From Thecamonas trahens ATCC 50062 (taxonomy: Eukaryota; Protista; Apusomonadida): DNA of 64,000 nt. Each line of letters opens with the position of its first letter. Position 1 is the first letter of the stretch. Shown one piece after another: positions 56,160 through 64,000 of this stretch. Location: the NCBI RefSeq assembly GCF_000142905.1, contig NW_013657678.1, forward strand, positions 310,001 through 374,000. Reading direction: 5' to 3'. Below the pieces are notes generated by a model, which had not been told where the DNA came from, searched no databases, and saw only the letters and a list, made by a program, of their open reading frames with translations. The position numbers were made by a program, and so were the translations under genes.

Positions 56160-58618
56160 ATGACTCGTTTGCTGTCGCGGCTACGAGCTGTGGGCCGCAA
56201 ACGGAGGGAGACCCGGTCCGGGTCGTGGCAGGACGATGCCGACAGCTCTGCATGCAATTGGTGTGGGGTAGCGTTTTCGCTCTTTACTCGGAGACACCAT
56301 TGCAGAGTTTGCGGGCTCATCTTCTGCTCGGCATGCTCAAAGCACTCGTTGCCACTGGCAGAGCATCCGGATGCGCAGGGAACGTTTCTCGGCTTTCAGG
56401 AGGCAACAGCCGAGCAGAGGGTAGAGCTCGACTTTGCGCTCCGCCGCTGTTGCTCCGCGTGCTGGCTCAACGACGCGGCTGGGCTTGTGAAGCGGAGCCG
56501 CGCGCTCGGGGAGAGCATGCATGGAAAAGCAGAAAGAGGCAAGGACGACGAGGCAGGTCCGTCAGGTGCTGCTGGCACATCGCACGATGGCGGCGAGGGG
56601 GATGTCGCTGATGACGAGGCGGTCCCACGATGGCGGGTTTGGGCCGGGGTCTCGCTCCGGCGGTTCACTTACTCGATGCCGTATGGATTGAGTCAATCTG
56701 CCGGCGGGTGTATGGTGGTGGTGTGGAGTGAGGACGGAGAGGAGATGGCACGGACAGAGGTCCAGCCGCTGGGAGGGATGGTCAGGTTTGCTGTTGCACT
56801 ACGGCTGGAGGTGAGCGGCGAGGACGAGACGCTAGTGCGGATCGGGGTATACGCAGCTGAAGGTGAGCGGATGACGCCACCGGACCCAAACGCCCTGCTC
56901 GCTGAAGCAGAGTTTGTGCTTGTACCGAGCCAGCTGGTGGCCGGGACGACTGTCACAGCACCTGCAGTGGCACGCATCGGTGGCGAGAGTTGCGGCCAGG
57001 TGGAGTCGTCGTGTGTCCTCAGCATCGACGACATCAAGGAAGTGGTGGTGGGCACAGGGCGGGTGGAGCGGCGGTACTTTTGCGGACGGCATCGTCCGGT
57101 GTACTCCACATCACCGAGTCGCTCGTTGTCTCCCAGTACTGCTTTGACATCCCATTCCAGCTGGCTCTGCTCCTTTTGGACGAGGCCGTGAGTGCGTTTG
57201 AATTGGAGATCGACGGTGCGGTCAAGGTCATCAACGGAGCAGTCGCCAGTCGTGGCGAGCTTCCAGCCGGAGTTGTTGAGCGAGTGCAGGCGACACGTGA
57301 CCGCGTGCTCACACTCGCCAACTACCTGGAGCAAGGGCAGAAGCATCCCCTTCAGACCAGCGTCCAGTTCAAACCGTCGACGCTTAAGAGTGCCCCAGAG
57401 CTTGCACTTGTGCCAACCAACCTGCACGTGCAGAGCATGGAAGTGGTCAGCGACGATGGGGGGTGCGAAACGACGGTGACAACAACGGTCGGGGCCTTTG
57501 CCGCCCACATCTATGGATTCAAGACTGGTGGTATCCGGCAAATGCTGGAGGGAACGCCCAAGGCAGTGACGCGGCTACGGGTGGCAAGCCGTCGTGATGT
57601 GGCGTGGTCTCAGGCTTTGACGGCAGCGATCACCTCGTTTGCCCAGCATCTCGAGTGGGCTGTGGCAAAGAACTCTGGTGCGATGGGCCTGGCGGCGCTT
57701 CAGCAGCTGGAAGCACTTGGATTTCTGTTCCAAGTTGAGTCGCTGCTCTCAACACAAGGCAAGGAGCTGGGTATGCTCGGTGACATGGACGATGCGATCC
57801 GGGCGCTTGCCGGCGTCACGTTTGTGGTGCAGCTTAAGGGCGTGAGTGCAAGTGTCGAGGAGCGCTGCAGAGGTCAGGGAGGTGCTGTCGTTCTCGAGGT
57901 GAGCCGCAGCTGTGGTGGATCGAGCCTGGGCCGGAGTGAGCCACGGGTTGGACTTAATCTTGACGTTGTACTCCAGATTGAGGTTGACGCAAGAGTCCTG
58001 GGCGGCATCGGTGGTGGGCTCGAGGCTGGCGGAGGGGTGCTCCGGGTTGAGACAGTGCCTGTGCTCTTTACGCAGGGAATCAACGAGATGCAGACAATGG
58101 CCAACTTGCTCGGCGGCTCTAAGCTACAAGAAGATATCAATGCCGAGTCGCTGTCGCGGCTCCAGTCGTTCTACTCCCGGTGGGTCAAGTACCACTTTGG
58201 CGGCGAAGCGACAAGTGTTGCAATGAGGGTCCTTCCGGAGCTGAGCGAGATCAACGCGAGCATGCAAGGGCTGGCAGACGAAGTGCAGTCGTCGCGGTCG
58301 GAAAAGAACGCCCAGATTCTGACTCGGGCGGCGGATTTGACTCGGACACTGCTAGGTGGCCGAGTCACGGTGTGCAAGTCTGCCAAGGACCGGACTTCCA
58401 TGTCTGTGACGTTCGAGCAGTCACGAGTCCTTCAGCAGAAGCACGCGCTCGTGGACGGAGTCACACCCGAGACGCTGATGCGGGCTCATGGGGTCCGTCG
58501 CGACAACGCCTTCCTCAACATCGGGCGGCACTCTTATGCGTTTAATGCGTTGCAAACGTTCCTGCTCCCGTCGGCGTACAAGCCACCGTCAGGGACAGGC
58601 GGAGCGCTGGTGTCGTGA
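56160..58618 (+). CDS. FYVE + C2 + inositol polyphosphate 4-phosphatase, apparent frameshift ~57079
   Basis: WQDD, RRHHCRVCG (FYVE); RTEV C2-like segment; VPTNLHVQ, GAFAAH, ESLLS..GKE.GML.D, LFTQGINE.QT and catalytic CKSAKDRT. Confidence 0.85.
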
Positions 58619-58632
58619 GCCGCAGTCTCAGT

Positions 58633-59562
58633 TCATGCCGGCAGGTAGGCAAGTGTTGTCTCGATGGCAAAGTGGTCAGACGGCCAATGATCGTGGTAGG
58701 GGGCGTCGCGGCCTGCGCGATCCGGTGGCGAGACGTCGAGCTGGCCTGGTGTCCAACGCGGGGAACAAGCGATGTACATGTGATCGATGGTCTTCTGAAT
58801 GGGTCCCGAGTCTGAGCGCGAGTTGTGCTGGGTAAAGGTGATGGCAATGTCGTCTCCGGTTAGCCGGGTCAGCCCAAGCGGGGCGAGGGCGGCGTCCAGG
58901 CCGTCGATGCGGGCGAGGGAGTGGTTAAAGTCGCCGGCGATGACGAATGTGGTCTTGTCTTCGGCATCTGTGGGATGAAGCGCAATAGCGGCGTTGTGCA
59001 TAGCAGAGGCTAGCTCAACTAGTTGAGCAGCGCGGACGTCTGAGCGGCGAGGATTTCCCTCGAGATGCGTTGCGGCGATGGCGAGGATGCCTGCGTCGGC
59101 GGGGGCATGGGCGACAGTGAAGAGGCCGACAAGCGCCATGCGCGGCGTCCGGGTAGCAGCTGTAAAGTGAACAGGAATGATGCCATAGGTCGACTCATCG
59201 ACAAGATCGAGGACGTCAGCCTTCCACAGGAGGGCGGCACCGTCAGGCTTGCCACGGCGGAGAGCGACAGCGGCGCAATAGCTAGTCTGGCCGATCGAGA
59301 TGGAGAAGACAGCGTTCTCGGCCACAGCGTCGGGATCGGACCCACCCACTGTAGCAAGGAAGCGAACAAACGGAAGAGTAGCCTCAAGTAGGGCGATGAC
59401 GTCCGCGGCGAGATCGCCGGCAAGTAGGTCTGCGATCCGTTGCCAACGCTCTGTTGCCGCGGTGTCGGACTCGTGGCTCCCCGAGTCTGTGTTGAACCGT
59501 GAGTACTCGGAGGCAAGGACGTTGAAGGAGACGATGCGGATGTTGTGCGATGGAAGGGCCAT
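58633..59562 (-). CDS. EEP-family hydrolase (CCR4/nocturnin/Angel-like)
   Basis: SFNVLA, DVIALLE, THL, AGDFN, IDHMY and PSDHF. Confidence 0.85.
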   Translation of the reverse strand: MALPSHNIRIVSFNVLASEYSRFNTDSGSHESDTAATERWQRIADLLAGDLAADVIALLEATLPFVRFLATVGGSDPDAVAENAVFSISIGQTSYCAAVALRRGKPDGAALLWKADVLDLVDESTYGIIPVHFTAATRTPRMALVGLFTVAHAPADAGILAIAATHLEGNPRRSDVRAAQLVELASAMHNAAIALHPTDAEDKTTFVIAGDFNHSLARIDGLDAALAPLGLTRLTGDDIAITFTQHNSRSDSGPIQKTIDHMYIACSPRWTPGQLDVSPPDRAGRDAPYHDHWPSDHFAIETTLAYLPA

Positions 59563-59993
59563 AATGGTGATGGTAATGTGAAGGTTGGTAGTGGCGCGGG
59601 AAGAGATGTGCACTGGTGGCCTGCTTTTGTACGAGCCGCTCAGCCCACCGGTGTCCAGCGTTCTGTTGGAGGAGGGAGAGAGGGGGAGGGGGGGGGACAT
59701 TGGCTGTGGCAGTGGCAGGGGAGGAGGTTAGTTGATAGCCACAGTTATCTGCAGACACACACCTCTGACAGAGGTGATGTCCGAGGTATGGGCAACAAGA
59801 GGAGGGGGAGTTGAGGGGGGAGGGGGGAGGGAGCGGGGCGGGAGGGAGTGGTACGGGGTGCGGGTACGGGGGGGGGGGCGCGGTGAGGCTTTGTGTCCAA
59901 GGACCGATACCAACCAAGCCTCACGAGTACGACGGGCGACTTGGGGGAGGGTGTGTCCGTGTACAGGAAGGTGGACGCGGACAGGCCGACAAG

Positions 59994-62212
59994 ATGGAGC
60001 AGGGAGATACAGCTGAGGTTGTTGTGGAAGAGGCCGGCGATCAGGCCGAGCCAGAGACGGAGGAGCTGAAGCAGAAACTGAATGCGGAGACGGCGGAGAT
60101 GTGGAGGGGGAGGAGGAGGAGGAGCGCAAGGCGGCACTGGAGGTTGCCGAGGGCGCACCCGCGGCTGCGGTGGTGACCTCGGATGGAGTGATGCTTGAGG
60201 GAGTGGACATGGGTGTTGGTGGAGTTGATCCGTTTGCCCTCAAGGTGGACGAGTTGGATGCGTCTGTGGGCGACGCCGAGGCTGCGAGTGGCGACGACGA
60301 CGGCGGGGCCACGGAGAGCGGGCGGGTGCGAAGCCGCTCCGAGTCGAGCTCAGCGGGATGGGGCGACGAGGGTGGCGAGGAGGACGTGGACGAGGTGGAA
60401 GACGAGGCCGAGGCGGAAGTCGAGGACGATCCGCGAATGGCGCTGCTGACGCGGGTCATTGATCTCGACCGGCCTGTGGCGACCAACGAGGCTGTCGAGT
60501 TCTTCTTCCAGGAGGGCATGGCGGAGAACCTCATGTCATTTGTGCATCGGTGTGGACAAGGAGGGCGAGATCGACAGCAGCGCAGCAGTTCGGGACGGTC
60601 AAGCGTACGTGTGCGGAGCGAGAGTGTTGGCTCGAGCTCTGCGGGCGGCGCGGGACGAGTGACGCTCCGAGGAGCGCACACTGAGGCGTACCGAGCACGC
60701 GAATGGACAGCTGAGGATCCGATGCGGCGATCGTTCCGGGTTGTTTCGCTGTTGGTCAACCCGACCGGGGCGATGACGCGGTTTATGAAGGTCAAGCTCG
60801 ATGTTCTCATCCACGAGCTGTTTCGGGTGTTTGAGGCGGACTCTGAGGGCAACTTTAACCACTTTAACTGCGTGCTTGTGCACATGTTGCGACTGTACCC
60901 GGACCGGGTGCTGCAGGCTGTGACGAGCGCGGGGTATTTGCTCCGGATGCTGCCGTATGTGCACGTGCCTGTTGTGTCAACGTCGATGGTGTACCTATTG
61001 ACAACGACGGGTTCGGGAGATCTGCAGCATCGACTGTATGCGTCGTTTGTGTCTTCTGGGGGAGTTCAAGCGCTGCATGACATGCTACTGGGGCTGGACG
61101 ACGTGGCGGACATTGAGCCTGCAGCGGAGTTTCTGACTCGGTGCACGTCTGCACTTGCGGCGGAGGAGCCTGCCGAGCTTCTGTGGTCGTCGCTGGCGCA
61201 GCAGAGCGGGCTCATTGCTGGCGCTGTAGCGGTGATGGCTGGCCTGCATCCCGACGAATTGGACTTTGAGCGGCTGGCGCGGTCCGGGACAGAGCTGGGA
61301 GGTTACGAGCCGAGCGAGTGCTCACCGGCGACGCACATGTATTCGCTGGCGTCGCGACGGGCACTGGGTAACCTTGTTACTGCACTTCTTGAGGGATCCA
61401 TGCGTGTGATGACGGCGCCATCACCGCTGGCGTTGATGGGGTTTTCAGACCCGGACGCACCGCCGCCAGTTTCACGGATGGCCTGCATGCTCCACTCGCT
61501 CTGCACTCAGCTTGTAGAGCTTGTGCCTGAGCTTGAGCGCGGGTTCGTCAACACGCCGCTGGGCGGGCCGCGCAAGTACTCTGCTTACACGGTCGACGCC
61601 ACGTTCTCGGAGCTGCACATGGACATTGTGCTTATTCTCGCCAACTTGGTGTCGATGGTCCCAGAGCGAGTGCTTGACAAGTTGACGCCACTGTTCTGGC
61701 GGGTGGCGTCGAAGCACTTTCTGGCTCACCCGCACAACAACGTGTACCACGCGCGGTTCTTCCGCATCTTTACCGGCATCCTCACCTCGTCATACTACCA
61801 AGACGAGACGCTTGGAGCGCTGCTGGGCGGCTCGGGCGGCTTTCTCGATGCCATGATCGAGCATTATGTCAGCGGTGGCAAGACGTCCGCTCGTGGCTTC
61901 ATCGTGACGATGCTCAATGTGCTCCGGCTCAAGGCTGACTCGCAGCCCGCCGACGCGCCTCTGCCGTCGCTGCTCGCCACCTCAGATGCGTACTGCGAGT
62001 TCTTGCCGACGCTGGAGAGCGTGACGCGGGCGTACACGCTGCGTGCGTTCCCCGACATTGCGCGCGTGGCGCCGCATGTCTATCCCGGCATTTCGCCCTC
62101 GACGGTGACGTACACGGCCGATGGGCACGAGCTCGGCTCGTCATTTGCCTCGTTGCTCAAGATGGATCGCGCCAAGCCGCATCCACAGCGGGCTCATCTT
62201 CGCAAGCGGTAG
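59994..62212 (+). CDS. SAPS-domain (SIT4/PP6-associated) protein, apparent frameshift ~60098
   Basis: Helical protein with FL.HPHNNVYH, similar to the SAPS WNNFLH motif; acidic N-terminus. Confidence 0.65.
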
Positions 62213-62471
62213 GCGGGAGGCTAGGCGGTGACGATAGACCAGGTGTGGTGGTAAACGCGTCCATAGCCGAGTTTGCAGCCATGGCCGACTCTATGCGGGC
62301 GGCGAGGTCGGGAGCGCCGGTGGCGAGGGCGGTGACAAGGGCCTGCATCTCGGAGCCGACCAGCGTCGTCATGTCCTGGAGCGAGCTGTGAAGGGCAAGC
62401 ATTTGCTCTGCTAGCGCATCCTTTTCTGCGCGAAGCTCGGCCAGCCGCGCACGGACGTCGCTGTTGTCCAT
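62157..62471 (-). CDS. Small coiled-coil hypothetical protein
   Basis: MDNSDVRARLAELRAEKDALAEQMLAL heptads; overlaps the SAPS 3' end by 56 bp. Confidence 0.45.
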   Translation of the reverse strand: MDNSDVRARLAELRAEKDALAEQMLALHSSLQDMTTLVGSEMQALVTALATGAPDLAARIESAMAANSAMDAFTTTPGLSSPPSLPPTACEDEPAVDAAWRDPS

Positions 62472-62629
62472 GTAAGGACTGGAAGAGAAGAGTGCAAGGC
62501 TCTGGGACGATCGCGCCGCGGCTGGGGTGAGCGACCGGGGACGGGGGGGTCGAGACACACTGCTCGCGGTAGACGGCAAGAAGAGCGAACTGGTTGCACT
62601 TTGTGGTTGGCGGGAGCTTACTAGCTAGT

Positions 62630-63454
62630 ATGAGCAGTGCAGACGATACCGTGGTGGCGGGAGACCTGGGTGCTGGTCAGGAGCCGGTGCAGCTTTCGGA
62701 GGCAGGGGAGGCGGAGGTTGGAGCTGGTGTGGTGGGGTCGGGCAGGGGCAAGGGCAAGGGTAAGAGCAAGGGCAAGGGCAAGGGCAAGGGCAAGGGCAAG
62801 GGCAAGGGCAAGGGCAAGGGCAAGGGAAAGGGCAAGGGCAAGTCGGACAAGGCCAAGGCGGGCAAGGCCGCAGATGAGAATGCTACATCAGCGCCAGCGG
62901 CGGCCGAGCCCGAAGCCGAGGTGCAGATAGCGGTTGGTACAGAGACTGGCAAGGTCGCTGCTGCAGACCAGGGCAAGGGCAAGGGCAAGGGCAAGGGCAA
63001 GGGCAAGGGCAAGGGCAAGGGCAAGGGCAAGTCAGGGAAGAGCAAGGCGGGAAAGACCAAGGACAGCAGGGCAAGGAAGACCGACAAGGCGGAAGCGGCG
63101 GGGAGAGATGGTAAGGAGAGCAAGACGCGCGAGGGCAAGGCACGCAAGGTGCGCAAGGCGCACAAGGGCAAGCGCCGACGGCGGACTAAGGCTTCTGAGC
63201 CGTCGCCGGAGGAGGTGCAGCGGCAACTGGTGGAGTATGTGCGCGGATGCGTGGCTCGAGTCGTCAAGATCCCGGCCGATATGTTCAAGGGCGAGGCGCT
63301 GCGGGTGCTAACCCGGGCTCAGAAGAGCGCGAGTGCGTTTGCCGAGTGCACGCGGGCGCCGCTGCTCAAGCTCGACGTGCTGCAGAGCGTGTCGGATACG
63401 CTGTATGCGGTGGAGAAGCTCATGTTTGATGTGGAAACTCGTTCTGGACGCTAG
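62630..63454 (+). CDS. Basic (GK)n-repeat protein with a candidate histone H2B-like fold
   Basis: Two (AAGGGC)n blocks and a Lys/Arg-rich tail; the C-terminal helices align by eye to H2B alpha1-alpha3. Confidence 0.55.
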   Translation: MSSADDTVVAGDLGAGQEPVQLSEAGEAEVGAGVVGSGRGKGKGKSKGKGKGKGKGKGKGKGKGKGKGKGKSDKAKAGKAADENATSAPAAAEPEAEVQIAVGTETGKVAAADQGKGKGKGKGKGKGKGKGKGKSGKSKAGKTKDSRARKTDKAEAAGRDGKESKTREGKARKVRKAHKGKRRRRTKASEPSPEEVQRQLVEYVRGCVARVVKIPADMFKGEALRVLTRAQKSASAFAECTRAPLLKLDVLQSVSDTLYAVEKLMFDVETRSGR

Positions 63455-63642
63455 CTAAGGACGCGTTCAACAAGGTGGACATGGCGCTGGACGGAACACT
63501 GATGGCGATCGCGCTCGCCAATGCCATAATGCCGCGCGAGCACGCGATTGTAAGCACACTGCAGGGCGGAGGTAGTGCAGGAAGCAGCGGAGGACCCAGC
63601 GGCGGCGGCGACGGCGATGAGGCCGAGGCTACGGCGTAGAAA

Positions 63643-64000
63643 CTAAAGTGCTGCCCGCTCCTCCTCATCGGCAGAGCCGTTGGTCTTGCGGGCGACAAAG
63701 AATATCGAGTTGTACTCGACTCGCATGAGCGACGGCAGAGCCGAGCCGGCGTAAGTCGACGGCACATGCTCGACGCGTTCGAGGGCAAAGCCGGCTTCGG
63801 TGATGAGAAGCTCGACCTCGTCCCAGGCGAGCTCAACAGACATGTAGTTGGGCATGTCGGCAAAGTGGTAGAGGAGAGGCCCGATATTGACCCAGATGGC
63901 GCCCGGCGCGAGCATGTGGCTGATGGTGTCGAGGTACGCGCAGAGGTTGCGGGCGGTGTCGATGAAGAAGCAGGTGGCAAGCACGTCCCAGGCGCCGGCA
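63643..64000 (-). CDS. CARNMT1: Carnosine N-methyltransferase (N2227 family), 3' part only
   Basis: [22 protein letters not shown] and SVEL; truncated by the window edge. Confidence 0.85.
   Translation of the reverse strand, partial: AGAWDVLATCFFIDTARNLCAYLDTISHMLAPGAIWVNIGPLLYHFADMPNYMSVELAWDEVELLITEAGFALERVEHVPSTYAGSALPSLMRVEYNSIFFVARKTNGSADEEERAAL

Overview
GC-rich, extremely gene-dense eukaryotic nuclear scaffold: about 30 genes in 64 kb, three N-gaps, and a few short spliceosomal introns near gene 5' ends. The style resembles a flagellated protist such as the apusomonad Thecamonas, which is an inference only. Most genes are housekeeping: PP2C, mtHsp70, MED23, ATG101-like, PKD2, Pin1, V-ATPase c, AQR, SYF1, PIGO, PCID2, epsilon-tubulin, MAM33, bL28m, PCCA, KCTD, LZTR1-like, INPP4, EEP hydrolase, SAPS and CARNMT1. 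Highlights: (1) a non-nucleoporin protein that joins a Nup98-type GLEBS motif, LRRs and a PARP1 Zn3/PADR1-like domain; (2) a Crinkler-like coiled-coil + REase + kinase gene next to a split WRKY/GCM1-fold gene; (3) a candidate highly divergent H2B-like histone-fold protein with (GK)n tails; (4) functionally matched head-to-head pairs (AQR/SYF1 and MAM33/bL28m); (5) PUB-USP and FYVE-C2-INPP4 fusions; (6) eight frameshifts that all need one extra base, most likely homopolymer sequencing errors. All family calls are by-eye motif recognition; no database search was run.
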